This document shows positions 18,828 through 28,150 of a DNA stretch of 64,000 nucleotides, one piece after another. Position 1 is the stretch's first letter, and each line of letters begins with the position of its first letter. The translations under genes were made by a program, and so were the position numbers. The notes below the pieces were generated by a model. That model ran no database searches, was not told the origin of the DNA, and worked only from the letters and a program-made list of their open reading frames with translations. The stretch is from Minisyncoccota bacterium (GTDB lineage: Bacteria > Patescibacteriota > Minisyncoccia > Phycocordibacterales > JAQTLZ01). The DNA lies in the NCBI GenBank assembly GCA_028711065.1, contig JAQTSY010000004.1:34522-98521 (forward strand), given 5' to 3'.

Positions 18828-19510
18828 GTAGGGTATTCTATAACAAAGGCATGAATCCTTCGTCGCAAAAAGAAAAATTAGATAATCTGGTTGTAACTAT
18901 CGAGCTTACGCTTTTGAGCGTCATCCAAGGCGTCGCATTGTTTTTCCTAGCTGATAATGCTCGCGTCACTCTGCTTTCTCTTGATTATGAACACTTTGTC
19001 TATCTGGTAATCGCATTTCTCTTCCTGATCATTTTTTGGTCTCAGACTATTGTGCACGTTATTAGTTTTATTTCCTGGCCGATCGAATTCGCTCACACAT
19101 TTCTGTACTTTTTGGTCGTTATTCTTGAAATTCTCATGTTCAGCAGTGTCGCTAACCCCTCGAGCTGGTTTGCTGTGAACGTATTCTTTTTCATAAGCAT
19201 CTGGGTTCTCTACTATGCGGACTTGAGGCTTCTCAAGACAAAAAAGCAGGATTTTATGGACACGGAAGCAAAAAAGATTTTCTATGAAGCGACTCTCAAA
19301 GATCAGCGTGCTGGCTTATTTGTATTCACTCCTGTAGGTGCTTTTTTCTCATTTGTGTCTTGGTTTCTTATCGCAATGTATCCTTCCGTTTTCTTGGAGG
19401 GACATTGGCATATACTTCTTGGAGCAATAGAAATGGGAATAGGAATTTTTATTCTTGCCCGCTTCATGTCTGTTTTCAAAAAACGTTTTGCTGTGATTGA
19501 GGGGTTTTAG
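18824..19510 (+). CDS. polytopic membrane protein (hypothetical)
   Basis: 228 aa, 5-6 predicted TM helices. Confidence 0.5.
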   Translation: MSRVFYNKGMNPSSQKEKLDNLVVTIELTLLSVIQGVALFFLADNARVTLLSLDYEHFVYLVIAFLFLIIFWSQTIVHVISFISWPIEFAHTFLYFLVVILEILMFSSVANPSSWFAVNVFFFISIWVLYYADLRLLKTKKQDFMDTEAKKIFYEATLKDQRAGLFVFTPVGAFFSFVSWFLIAMYPSVFLEGHWHILLGAIEMGIGIFILARFMSVFKKRFAVIEGF

Positions 19511-19538
19511 AAGCTACTTGTTTTTTCTCAAAAAAAAT

Positions 19539-19566
19539 GGCCCTTGGAATTTTAATTCCAAGGGCC
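19539..19566. terminator. bidirectional terminator GGCCCTTGGAATTTTAATTCCAAGGGCC
   Basis: 12-bp perfect stem between convergent genes, A-run upstream. Confidence 0.8.
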
Positions 19567-19577
19567 GATGCGTATGT

Positions 19578-20120
19578 CTATTTGTGAGGAATTACAAAGA
19601 GAGTATTTTTCAAATCTTTCCACCAAAATTCGGGTTTGGAAAATCTGGTCAGTTCTAATGTCTGCGACCACCCTCCCGGATTGCCTTCGGGATCATTCTC
19701 ATCGTCATCAAAACAAAACCATGCTGCTTTCGCTATAAAGAGATTTGATTTGTCGCGAAGAATAGTGTCTCCCTCTCGAAAAAGAAAAAGGAGCTCTGGA
19801 GGGCGATCATGATTCTGCAAAAATTCATTCCCATATGTAGAACAAAATAACTGAATTTGTCCAGGAGTGAAACATAAATCATCAAGATTCCCAAGCTTCT
19901 CGAAGACTTCATTTCTATCGCGAGCATGAGATGCTCGATATGTTTTTGTTTGAGTTTTCGGTTGTTTTCCGCCAGCGATTTTGCTCACTGCATCCGAAAC
20001 ATCTTCAAGACGCACACTATACTTAAACACTCCACATGGAGTTGTAAACGTCTCGCCTCCTTGTGTTGCGTCGATTTCCCGAACGCAACCTTCTTTAACA
20101 GACAAAGCGTGTGCTTCCAT
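19578..20120 (-). CDS. hypothetical protein
   Basis: 180 aa, no recognisable motif; divergent from TrmB-like regulator. Confidence 0.45.
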   Translation of the reverse strand: MEAHALSVKEGCVREIDATQGGETFTTPCGVFKYSVRLEDVSDAVSKIAGGKQPKTQTKTYRASHARDRNEVFEKLGNLDDLCFTPGQIQLFCSTYGNEFLQNHDRPPELLFLFREGDTILRDKSNLFIAKAAWFCFDDDENDPEGNPGGWSQTLELTRFSKPEFWWKDLKNTLFVIPHK

Positions 20121-20286
20121 TTGATTCTCCTCCTCTTATGTAGCGGCCAAAGATCTGTCTTTCGAACACGGTGTTCGATCTGGGGTCCATGATAATTTCA
20201 AACTTGAATATAATCTATAAATTTAGTACAATTATCTTATAAAACTCAAATAATGTTGATTTATAAGGATTTAATAGAGATAGAAA

Positions 20287-21051
20287 TTGTCGAAAAATAT
20301 GTACGAATCTGTATTATCAAAATCAGTTCTCACTGAAAAACAAGCACAAGTCTATTGTGCTTGTTTAAGGATTGGGGGTGGAAAAGTGCCTGAAATAGCC
20401 CGGGAGGCTGATATTAAGCGCACAACCGCGTACGGAATTTTGGATGAACTGGTCAAACTTGGCCTAGTCAGCTCTCTTTCTAAAGGAAAGCAGAATGTTT
20501 TCACGGTGAAAGATCCGGAACAGCTTGTCGATCTCTTGGAGGAGAAAAAGAAAACGGTAGAGGGGATTATTCCAGAACTCTCTGAGCTTTTCGTAACTCA
20601 CAACATTCGTCCCCTAATTCAATTTTTTGAAGGGAAGAATGGGCTCAAGCAAGTCTATACCGATGTTTTGAATTGCAAATCAAAAAAAGTCTGTCAGATC
20701 GTGAAAGCCAAGACGCACAGTGACCTTTTGGGCGATTCTTTCGTCCGAGAGTATATTCAGAAAAGAGTTGCTCGAGGTATAACCGCTTATGACCTGCACC
20801 CCAAATCTGGAGATGTGTACGATGAGTATCGCGGTAAAGAAAATATAAAACTGAAACGATACGTCCGATACTTACCGCCCCAGATATTTCATGCGGCTAT
20901 GATTATGATTTACGACCATAAAGTGGCTATGGTTTCGAGTAAAAACGAGAATTTTGGCTTTATTATTGAGAGTAAGGAATTCTCAGCGACTCTCCAGGCA
21001 TACTTTGATTTTATGTGGGGGCTGGGTTCTAAAGAGCCAGAGAGGGAATAA
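20287..21051 (+). CDS. TrmB-family HTH transcriptional regulator
   Basis: N-terminal LTEKQAQVY...IAREADIKRTTAYGILDELVKLGLV winged HTH, TrmB-like C-domain. Confidence 0.6.
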   Translation: MSKNMYESVLSKSVLTEKQAQVYCACLRIGGGKVPEIAREADIKRTTAYGILDELVKLGLVSSLSKGKQNVFTVKDPEQLVDLLEEKKKTVEGIIPELSELFVTHNIRPLIQFFEGKNGLKQVYTDVLNCKSKKVCQIVKAKTHSDLLGDSFVREYIQKRVARGITAYDLHPKSGDVYDEYRGKENIKLKRYVRYLPPQIFHAAMIMIYDHKVAMVSSKNENFGFIIESKEFSATLQAYFDFMWGLGSKEPERE

Positions 21052-21152
21052 AGAGCAGATTTTATTTTGCAGCAGGGGCATCTTTCCTTACAGGAACGGT
21101 ATAGGTTTCCCATTTTTTCGAATGAATACATCCTCAAAAATATGGGAGAACC

Positions 21153-21241
21153 TTTTCGATCCCTGCCCGCATCGTGCTTCGGCACGATGCTTGGGCGCAC
21201 AACAAAAAATCCGCTTTCGCGGAAATTTTTTGTTGTGCGCC
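21153..21241 (-). repeat. tRNA-Lys trailer palindrome element (inverted tRNA 3' fragment + inserted hairpin + central hairpin)
   Basis: TTCGATCCCTGC|hairpin GCATCGTGCTTCGGCACGATGC|TGGGCGCACAAC + AAAAAATCCGCTTTCGCGGAAATTTTTT + GTTGTGCGCC overlapping tRNA 3' end; same architecture as 38887-38976. Confidence 0.7.
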
Positions 21242-21308
21242 CAGCAGGGATCGAACCTGCGACCTTCTCCTTAAAAGGGAGCTGCTCTACCAGCTGAGCT
21301 ATGGGCGC
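21236..21308 (-). tRNA. tRNA-Lys(TTT)
   Basis: GCGCCCATAGCTCAGCTGGTAGAGCAGCTCCCTTTTAAGGAGAAGGTCGCAGGTTCGATCCCTGCTGGGCGCA; cloverleaf, anticodon loop CTTTTAA. Confidence 0.9.
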
Positions 21309-21385
21309 AATTGAAAATACCAGCAAAATATAACAGAGAAAACGATATTTGAAAAGACTTTGGATTTAACGTATGCTTCGGAAAT

Positions 21386-21859
21386 ATGAAGAAAGAAGTA
21401 GCTGTAATCCTCCACAACATAAGAAGCGAGCAAAACGTCGGCTCAATTTTTCGTACCTCGGATGCTGCGGGTGTCTCAAAAATATATCTGACTGGCTATA
21501 CTCCCGCTCCTCTCGATACATTTGGCAGAAAGGTGAAGGGAATTGCGAAGACTGCTCTCGGTGCAGAAACATTTATTGCGTGGGAGAAAATAAAAAACCC
21601 AGCCACGGTTTTTTCCAAACTTAAAAAAACCGGATTTAAAATTATTGCTATCGAGCAAGACAAGAAAGCAGTTGATTATAAAAAAATAAAAATTGTTTCA
21701 AAAATGGCCTTCGTTTTCGGGAATGAAGTAGAAGGAATTTCAAAATCGCTTTTACAAAAAGTGGATGAGATCGCTTTTATTCCAATGAAAGGTAAAAAAG
21801 AATCACTGAACGTTTCTGTATCAGCGGGAATCGCTTTATTTAGAATTCTAAAGATTTGA
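21386..21859 (+). CDS. SpoU/TrmH-family RNA 2'-O-methyltransferase
   Basis: 157 aa SPOUT fold; HNIRSEQNVGSIFRTSDAAG, C-terminal knot motifs. Confidence 0.8.
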   Translation: MKKEVAVILHNIRSEQNVGSIFRTSDAAGVSKIYLTGYTPAPLDTFGRKVKGIAKTALGAETFIAWEKIKNPATVFSKLKKTGFKIIAIEQDKKAVDYKKIKIVSKMAFVFGNEVEGISKSLLQKVDEIAFIPMKGKKESLNVSVSAGIALFRILKI

Positions 21860-22039
21860 TCACTGCACGATATAAATTGTGCTTGTTGCCTCAGTTGAAG
21901 TAGCCGTATTTCCTCCGCGGCTTGCCTTGAAACGGTCGTACCCTCCGCTTACATACCATACGACCGCAAGAAAAAGGAGAATAAGGCCGAAATATTTCAA
22001 GTCATCAATTGCATCAGGTGCCGATTCTTCGTGTGCCAT
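21860..22039 (-). CDS. 59-aa small membrane protein MAHEESAPDAIDDLKYFGLILLFLAVVWYVSGGY...
   Basis: below ORF-track threshold; one TM helix; in gap between trmH and fpg. Confidence 0.3.
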   Translation of the reverse strand: MAHEESAPDAIDDLKYFGLILLFLAVVWYVSGGYDRFKASRGGNTATSTEATSTIYIVQ

Positions 22040-22070
22040 ATGTTTCTATTTTACTACTCATCTTTCCAGA

Positions 22071-22979
22071 TTACCACTTCTTTTGGTGGACGGAACAGAA
22101 ATGCGCGCTTCTTCCTCCAATTGTAAGGCGTTTTATGATTCCTTTGCATCCGTATTTACTACACTTTTTCCCAGTAAGACGATAGGCGTGGTGCTCTGCC
22201 TGGAATCTTCCTCTCTCACCGAAGAGATTGCGATAATCTGACATTGAATCCCCACCGAAGTCGATACCCTTAAGGAGCAATTCTTTCATCGAGGTATACA
22301 TAACTCGCGATTCTTTGACAGGAATTTTGAGAACTTTTGTTTCTGGGTGAATTCCAGAAGTCCACAGAATTTCATCTGAATAGATGTTTCCGATTCCTGC
22401 GATGAGCGTTTGATCCATGAGCGCTTGTTTTATTTTTGCATTCGGTCGTTTTAAAAGTTGCGACAGAAATATACTCAAAGAGAATTTTTCATCGAGCGGT
22501 TCAGGACCGAGATGTGCAAGATCGGGATGATGGGGGAGTCTGTCTTCCTCCGCGAGACAAACTTTTGCGAATTTTCTCATGTCAGAAAGTACGAGCTGTT
22601 TGCCGTTTGAAAGCGAGAAGACGAGATGAATGAATTTATTAAATGGATCTTGCAGAGGTCCTTTTTCGTCGGCGACCCATGTTTTTTGTTTCCGCGAAAA
22701 TTTTCCGTAGAGAAGATGCCCGGTCATTTTCATATGGACGAGGATAACAAGATTTCCGCTCAAATGGATTAAAACATTTTTTCCTCGGCGAGCACCGCCC
22801 TGAATTTTCTTTCCGCCGATTTCCTTCCGGAAGGTTTTGAAATAAGCGGGATTTTTGATGTTTCCTTTTCCGAAATGGAATGAAGAATTGTAATCGGTCC
22901 ACGCGTCGGTAATGGTGAGACCGCGAAGCGTCGTGTCGATTCCATGTGCAGTTGTTTGCACTTCAGGTAGTTCAGGCAT
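22071..22979 (-). CDS. mutM: formamidopyrimidine-DNA glycosylase (Fpg/MutM)
   Basis: start trimmed to MPELPEVQT (catalytic Pro2, Glu3); H2TH region; C-terminal zinc finger CSKYGC...CSVHQ. Confidence 0.85.
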   Translation of the reverse strand: MPELPEVQTTAHGIDTTLRGLTITDAWTDYNSSFHFGKGNIKNPAYFKTFRKEIGGKKIQGGARRGKNVLIHLSGNLVILVHMKMTGHLLYGKFSRKQKTWVADEKGPLQDPFNKFIHLVFSLSNGKQLVLSDMRKFAKVCLAEEDRLPHHPDLAHLGPEPLDEKFSLSIFLSQLLKRPNAKIKQALMDQTLIAGIGNIYSDEILWTSGIHPETKVLKIPVKESRVMYTSMKELLLKGIDFGGDSMSDYRNLFGERGRFQAEHHAYRLTGKKCSKYGCKGIIKRLTIGGRSAHFCSVHQKKW

Positions 22980-23004
22980 GCTAGTATATATAGCACATTT
23001 ATCC

Positions 23005-23955
23005 ATGAGGAACATTCTTCTCATTGTCTGTATCGGAATTGTCCTCTTCATCGGCGTTTCTTTCTTTTTTATTCACGGCGACGGTTCTCGCGGACTGACG
23101 TTTGAATCAGTGCGTCATTTTGTAGCATCCGTATTTTTTGTAGACAGCTCCACTTCTGAAATACTTCATCAGAAGTATGCGGAGGCAGCAAATGCGGCAA
23201 AATTAAAGATCCTCGTTGTGCCAGGACATGATGACGAATACAGCGGGACGCAATTTGGGGGAATAAGGGAAGCAGATATGACAGCGGAACTTGGAGAAGA
23301 ACTCACAAGCCTTCTTTCAAAAGACCCTCGATTTGTTGTGACCCTTTCCCGCACTCGCGAAGGAGGATACAATCCTATTTTCCAAGAATATTTTGCAACA
23401 CAAAGACAGGCTGTGACTGATTTTATACAGAATCAAATCGCGATGATGAATGATTTAAAAGCCAAAGGACTTCTCCAGACCGTCACGGGTGTTCCTCATC
23501 GGACCGCAGTAAGTGAGGTGGCATATCGCCTTTACGCTATAAATAAATGGGCGAATGATAATAAAATTGATCTCGTCATTCATATCCATTTCAACAATTA
23601 TCCCCGGAAAAATGTCGCTACCCCGGGAATATACAAAGGATTCACTATCTATATTCCGGAAGGTCAGTACTCAAATTCAAAAGGAAGCCAAGCTGTGGCG
23701 AATTCTGTTTTCAGCGAACTTTCAAAAGAATATAGCGTAAGTACGCTTTCGCACGAAGATTTGGGGGTTGTACCCGAACAGGATCTCATTGCTATCGGTT
23801 CTCATAACTCTCTCGATTCAGCAGGGATGCTCATCGAGTATGGCTATATTTATGAACCGCAATTTTTGACCCTTCAAAAACGCACGCAAGCGATTTCAAA
23901 TCTTGCGCGTTTGACCTATAAAGGAGTCGAGGATTTTTTTAATCCCGCTCAATAA
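23005..23955 (+). CDS. N-acetylmuramoyl-L-alanine amidase (Amidase_3 family) with N-terminal TM anchor
   Basis: KILVVPGHDDEYSGTQ zinc-site motif, ...IHIHFN; start set at MRNILLIV. Confidence 0.7.
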   Translation: MRNILLIVCIGIVLFIGVSFFFIHGDGSRGLTFESVRHFVASVFFVDSSTSEILHQKYAEAANAAKLKILVVPGHDDEYSGTQFGGIREADMTAELGEELTSLLSKDPRFVVTLSRTREGGYNPIFQEYFATQRQAVTDFIQNQIAMMNDLKAKGLLQTVTGVPHRTAVSEVAYRLYAINKWANDNKIDLVIHIHFNNYPRKNVATPGIYKGFTIYIPEGQYSNSKGSQAVANSVFSELSKEYSVSTLSHEDLGVVPEQDLIAIGSHNSLDSAGMLIEYGYIYEPQFLTLQKRTQAISNLARLTYKGVEDFFNPAQ

Positions 23956-23956
23956 A

Positions 23957-25234
23957 TTAGTTTAATATTTTTGTGAGTTCTTCGCGGACGATGGTTGCAT
24001 CATCCCAAGGTGTTTTCGCTCCATTCGCTTCCATAATATACGGATCAGTACCTTTGCCGGTGATAATCACCACTTCGCCTTTCCGAGCGTCTTTGAGTGC
24101 TGAATGTATCGCTTCTCGCCGGTCCATAATGATCCTCGGATGATGTTTTATCATGCCCTTCGCCATCTCCTTAACGATTCCTTCGGGATCTTCGTCGTAC
24201 GGATCTTCATTGGTCAGAATGATTTGAGAGCAATAGGTGTCGGCGATCTTTCCCATCTCTGGCCGTTTCCATTTGTCTCTTCCTCCTCCGGTGTTGCCGA
24301 GGACGCAGATTTTGTCGGATGCGCCGAATGTTTGATACACTTTTTCCAAAGAATCTGCTGTATGAGCGTAGTCTACTATCACAGTAAAGTCCTGTATTTT
24401 TTTCGTCTTCACATCTCCTGGCAAAGTTACTCTTTCCATTCGGCCTCGCACGAGGCTGACTTTTTCAAGAGCTTTTTTAATTACAGCCGTTTCGATGCCT
24501 TGGCTTCTTGCAAACGTAGCGACGCCGAGCATATTGTAGACATTGAAAAGTCCAGGAAGAGGGGAGGAAATTCTCACTCCATTAAAGCCGAATTCAATTC
24601 CTGCGCCTCCGAGCGTGTGCGAACCTGCGTCTTTCAATGAATACGGATATTTTCGGGGAATATTGAGGGAGAGAAATTTTTCCGCCTCGGCGCTGTCTTT
24701 GTTCACAATGATCGCTCGATTTTTTTTCTCGGAATGTTCAAGGGCGTGTGCGATGGAAAGTTTCGCTTCAACATATTTTTCATATGAGCCATGCGATTCG
24801 ATGTGTTCCGGAGAGATATTGGTAACGATGAGCGCATCGAGGTCTATATATTTGTGTCGGAATTGTTTTGCTCCTTCAGAAGTCATTTCAATCACAGCCC
24901 AATCACAGCCTGCATTTACGGCATCGTGCAAAAATTTCTGAGTGAAAAATCGTCCGGGCATCGTCATTTTATAGAGATTTCGTTTTGTATCTCCTCCGAT
25001 TTTGAATTGAAGCGTGCCCATTGAGGCAACTTTAAATCCCGCTTCCTCGAGGACTTTTGCGGTAAGCTCTGTCGTGGTCGTTTTTCCTTTTGTACCTGTG
25101 ATCCCCACTACTTTAATTTTTCGAGAAGGGAAGCGATAGAGAATTGCTCCAAGCAGAGCGATTTTGTAGTGATATATCGGCTGGAGCTTTTTAAATATGC
25201 TCCGCGGAATAATTTTTCGTAAAAAAGAAATCAT
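23957..25234 (-). CDS. murE: Mur ligase, MurE-like UDP-MurNAc-tripeptide synthetase (short N-domain)
   Basis: VVGITGTKGKTTT P-loop, DYAHTADSLEKV (DYAHxP-like), C-terminal Mur ligase domain. Confidence 0.8.
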   Translation of the reverse strand: MISFLRKIIPRSIFKKLQPIYHYKIALLGAILYRFPSRKIKVVGITGTKGKTTTTELTAKVLEEAGFKVASMGTLQFKIGGDTKRNLYKMTMPGRFFTQKFLHDAVNAGCDWAVIEMTSEGAKQFRHKYIDLDALIVTNISPEHIESHGSYEKYVEAKLSIAHALEHSEKKNRAIIVNKDSAEAEKFLSLNIPRKYPYSLKDAGSHTLGGAGIEFGFNGVRISSPLPGLFNVYNMLGVATFARSQGIETAVIKKALEKVSLVRGRMERVTLPGDVKTKKIQDFTVIVDYAHTADSLEKVYQTFGASDKICVLGNTGGGRDKWKRPEMGKIADTYCSQIILTNEDPYDEDPEGIVKEMAKGMIKHHPRIIMDRREAIHSALKDARKGEVVIITGKGTDPYIMEANGAKTPWDDATIVREELTKILN

Positions 25235-25828
25235 TTATGCGTGCGTCGCTAAAATTTTTAAAGCGTGTTTTACTTTTTCCGATGTACTCTCGATTTTCTT
25301 ATCAATTTTTTTGAGCGCCTCGCGAGCTTCACGTTCAGGATACCCGAGAGACTTCAAAGCTTCAAGCACGTCAGAGGCGCCGCGGAAATCAGTTTTTTCG
25401 CTTTCTTCGACAAGACCGATCTTGTCGCGAAGTTCCAAAATAATTTTGTCGGCATTTTTTCTTCCGATTCCTCCCATTTTAGTAAGAAGGGAAGAATCTC
25501 CTGAGGCAATTGCTTGGCGGAGCGTAGAAACAGTGGCGCCGGAAAGAATCCCCATAGCTGTTTTTGGACCGATGCCAGAAATAGAGATTAAAAGCCCAAA
25601 GAAATTCAACCCTTCTTCTTCAAGAAAACCGTAGAGATCGAGCGCGTCTTCTCTGACAGCCAAATGGGTGAAAAACCTCACTGGTTCAGGCTCCATTTTC
25701 TTCACTTTTTCAAACGTATCACCGGAAATGAATATCTTGTAACCCACGCCATGTACGTCTAAAACGAGCTTTTTCGGGTCTTTGGAGACGATTTTACCTG
25801 TGAGTTCGGAGATCATAGAGTTCATCAT
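25235..25828 (-). CDS. ruvA: Holliday junction DNA helicase subunit RuvA
   Basis: OB-fold N-domain, tandem HhH (ISGIGPKTAMGIL...MGGIGRKNADKI), C-terminal domain III; forms operon ruvA-murE. Confidence 0.9.
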   Translation of the reverse strand: MMNSMISELTGKIVSKDPKKLVLDVHGVGYKIFISGDTFEKVKKMEPEPVRFFTHLAVREDALDLYGFLEEEGLNFFGLLISISGIGPKTAMGILSGATVSTLRQAIASGDSSLLTKMGGIGRKNADKIILELRDKIGLVEESEKTDFRGASDVLEALKSLGYPEREAREALKKIDKKIESTSEKVKHALKILATHA

Positions 25829-25891
25829 ACACCATTCTTTTCGAGGCAGGTATTGCCTTTTTCAGACTTTTACTATAGTATTTCGCGAATG

Positions 25892-26155
25892 GCAATTACG
25901 ACATCCGCAAAAAAGGCTATCCGAGTTTCCGACAGGAAGCGAGTTTTCAATATTCGCCGAAAACGAGTTATGGAAGACCTCATTAAGGAGATCCGGATTA
26001 TGGCTCAAAAGAAAGATAAAAAGGGATTTGAGACAATGCTTCCGCAAACTTTTCAGGCAATTGATAAGGCGGCAAAAACCAAATACATTAAGAAAAATAC
26101 CGCTGCGAGATACAAGTCACGACTCTCGGCGCTTCTCACAAAAATTTCAGCTTAA
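25892..26155 (+). CDS. rpsT: 30S ribosomal protein S20
   Basis: MAITTSAKKAIRVSDRKRVFN...; basic helical protein. Confidence 0.85.
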   Translation, partial: AITTSAKKAIRVSDRKRVFNIRRKRVMEDLIKEIRIMAQKKDKKGFETMLPQTFQAIDKAAKTKYIKKNTAARYKSRLSALLTKISA

Positions 26156-26179
26156 AAAACACTCGAGAGGGTGTTTTTT
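26153..26179 (+). terminator. intrinsic terminator after rpsT
   Basis: AAAAAACAC-TCGAGAGG-GTGTTTTTT. Confidence 0.75.
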
Positions 26180-26192
26180 GCGATTTTATCAA

Positions 26193-26603
26193 TTAAGGTT
26201 TGAAAGGTCCAAACAGTTTTGGGCCCGCATCGCCATATTCAAAAACAAAATAATAATCAGTGCAATCTATGACTGATATACTATTCCACCCTCCCACAGA
26301 TCCTGCTCCCGCGCTGTATGAAAAATAGTCAACAAAATTTGCTTTCCTACCACCGCAGTAAAAATCCTTCTGATAATTTTCCGCTTTAATTTGGGTATTC
26401 ACTTCTGGCACGTTCCATGACATAGGATTGTCGCTTTTTATTAGCTTGCCTCTCCAAGTTTTTTCGTCCAGAAGGACTTTAAATGTAGATGCAACCTTTT
26501 GGTTTAGAAAATGTCTTGGTCTACCTCTAAAATAAAATAAACAAGCCCAAGCCAGTGTCAAGATAACAAAAAAAGCTAGTAGGATTTTAATTGAATTTTT
26601 CAT
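26193..26603 (-). CDS. secreted/membrane-anchored hypothetical protein
   Basis: N-terminal TM/signal KILLAFFVILTLAWACLF; start set at MKNSIKILL so as not to abut tRNA. Confidence 0.45.
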   Translation of the reverse strand: MKNSIKILLAFFVILTLAWACLFYFRGRPRHFLNQKVASTFKVLLDEKTWRGKLIKSDNPMSWNVPEVNTQIKAENYQKDFYCGGRKANFVDYFSYSAGAGSVGGWNSISVIDCTDYYFVFEYGDAGPKLFGPFKP

Positions 26604-26619
26604 TTTTAAAGTATACCAG

Positions 26620-27372
26620 CTATGATGCAACTAGTATCCCCGGGCCGATTTGAACGGCCGACCTCTTCCTTCGCAGGGAAGCGCTCTGATCCGCTGAGCT
26701 ACGGGGACATAAAATTCTGTGCATTTGATCACATATCTCCATAATTTCCTTTCTGATATTACTATCAGAGTAGTAGATAAAGCAAACGCCCATAAAATTC
26801 TTTCTAAATTTTTTTCTTTTACTTCTCTTCTTCCAGTATGTCTTCCAGAATTGAGATTCTGGGATTTCTAAAGTTTTTGACCAGAATTTTTTACACTCTC
26901 TCTCATTGTGATAATAGTGCAAATAAATCCCAAGCCTGAATTTTTTATTGTCTATTGGGAATGATTTTCGAAGAAGTTCGATAAAGAATTGCGCTAATTT
27001 CGGGTCTGAATTTGCGAATTTGAGCCCCGTAACTTTTGAATGTTTTGAACCTTCAGCCCAATACAGAGAAGCGAGAACAGATTTTTGTAAACCTATATTC
27101 CCTAGAGGATATTTTTTTATTTCCCTTTTTACTTTGAGCTTAATAAAGTCATTATTTTTTCTAATTCTTTCTTGAATTGCTGCCAGTGCCTTTGGTCTGG
27201 ATTTTGCAAGATGTTTAAGTCTGGCTTCGGTGTTGTAAATATGCTCGTATTTTTCACTAAACCAGTATGACAGGGTTGACTTAGGCACACCGAATTTCTC
27301 AGTCAGTTTTGAATACGGAACACCTCTTGCTCTCAATTGCTCGGCCTTCTTTTTAGTATCGGCGCTGTACAT
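26620..27372 (-). CDS. HTH-domain protein, possible degenerate LAGLIDADG-type homing-endonuclease-like ORF that reads through tRNA-Arg
   Basis: N-terminal HTH (VPYSKLTEKFGVPKSTLSYWF), LASLYWAEGSK resembling a LAGLIDADG block; last ~30 codons are encoded by the co-directional tRNA sequence. Confidence 0.35.
   Translation of the reverse strand: MYSADTKKKAEQLRARGVPYSKLTEKFGVPKSTLSYWFSEKYEHIYNTEARLKHLAKSRPKALAAIQERIRKNNDFIKLKVKREIKKYPLGNIGLQKSVLASLYWAEGSKHSKVTGLKFANSDPKLAQFFIELLRKSFPIDNKKFRLGIYLHYYHNERECKKFWSKTLEIPESQFWKTYWKKRSKRKKFRKNFMGVCFIYYSDSNIRKEIMEICDQMHRILCPRSSADQSASLRRKRSAVQIGPGILVAS
26635..26708 (-). tRNA. tRNA-Arg(GCG)
   Basis: GTCCCCGTAGCTCAGCGGATCAGAGCGCTTCCCTGCGAAGGAAGAGGTCGGCCGTTCAAATCGGCCCGGGGATA; anticodon stem CTTCC/GGAAG, loop CTGCGAA; GCG anticodon is unusual for bacteria. 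Confidence 0.7.
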
Positions 27373-27454
27373 GGACTTTGTTTATTATTCACTACAGTAT
27401 AACATCTATGTTCAATTTTTACTCATAAAGTTTTCCACAGTTTGGTGGATACGA

Positions 27455-27919
27455 CTAAAATCCCAAGTATTCCATTATTTTTTGAGAAAGGGGTTCCTCG
27501 TGGTCGGCTTCGATGAGATAATACCCGAGATATTTTCTGACAGTCTCTTCATGTATAGTATCGAGGGGAATAATAATGAATGACATCATTTTTTTCTTTG
27601 ATTTGACGATGAGCTTTGGCATCTCCGGCGCATAGCGGTCAATTCCGAAAGATTCGAGCGTTGAGTATGGATACATTGTGTTTCCGATAATAATTCCTCT
27701 TTCATTTATTTCATAACGAAGCAACTGCGGTGCTCTTCCTGCGAAAACAGAGAGGGCGAATGTTCCCACAACCAGTACTCCCGCGAGAAGAATATTTCCG
27801 TAGATTATTGAGATTGCCCCTAGCGAAATCACCACGATCCAAACTGTCCAATACCAATCAGCAGTTTTCTGTCGGTAAGAGTACTCATAGGTTTGCCAAA
27901 TGAGAGGTTTTTGCGTCAT
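27455..27919 (-). CDS. membrane protein (hypothetical)
   Basis: 154 aa, two TM helices near N-terminus. Confidence 0.45.
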   Translation of the reverse strand: MTQKPLIWQTYEYSYRQKTADWYWTVWIVVISLGAISIIYGNILLAGVLVVGTFALSVFAGRAPQLLRYEINERGIIIGNTMYPYSTLESFGIDRYAPEMPKLIVKSKKKMMSFIIIPLDTIHEETVRKYLGYYLIEADHEEPLSQKIMEYLGF

Positions 27920-28150
27920 CGTTATAGTATAACAAATATGTTCGCGAAAGTTGTGTTTGCAATTTGTGATTTGAGGGTAGAATAGGAAAATCGTGTAATA
28001 GAGAATAGGATATTGAGAAAATCTTTACTTAAGGAAGGGCATAAAATGCAAAAAACCGGCGTTGCCGGCTCTTTGCGTGCGACTTAGTGTCCGATCATAA
28101 GAGTTTCGGTTTGCACTGATAAGTCGACCAAAGTTAGTATATCATTTAGA

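Noticed and set aside
28045-28068. Minus-strand terminator-like hairpin CCGGCGTTGCCGG + T-run upstream of the ATP-grasp gene as evidence of a small minus-strand ncRNA
   Set aside because: No convincing promoter or conserved structure upstream on the minus strand. It could equally be a 5'UTR structure of the plus-strand gene.
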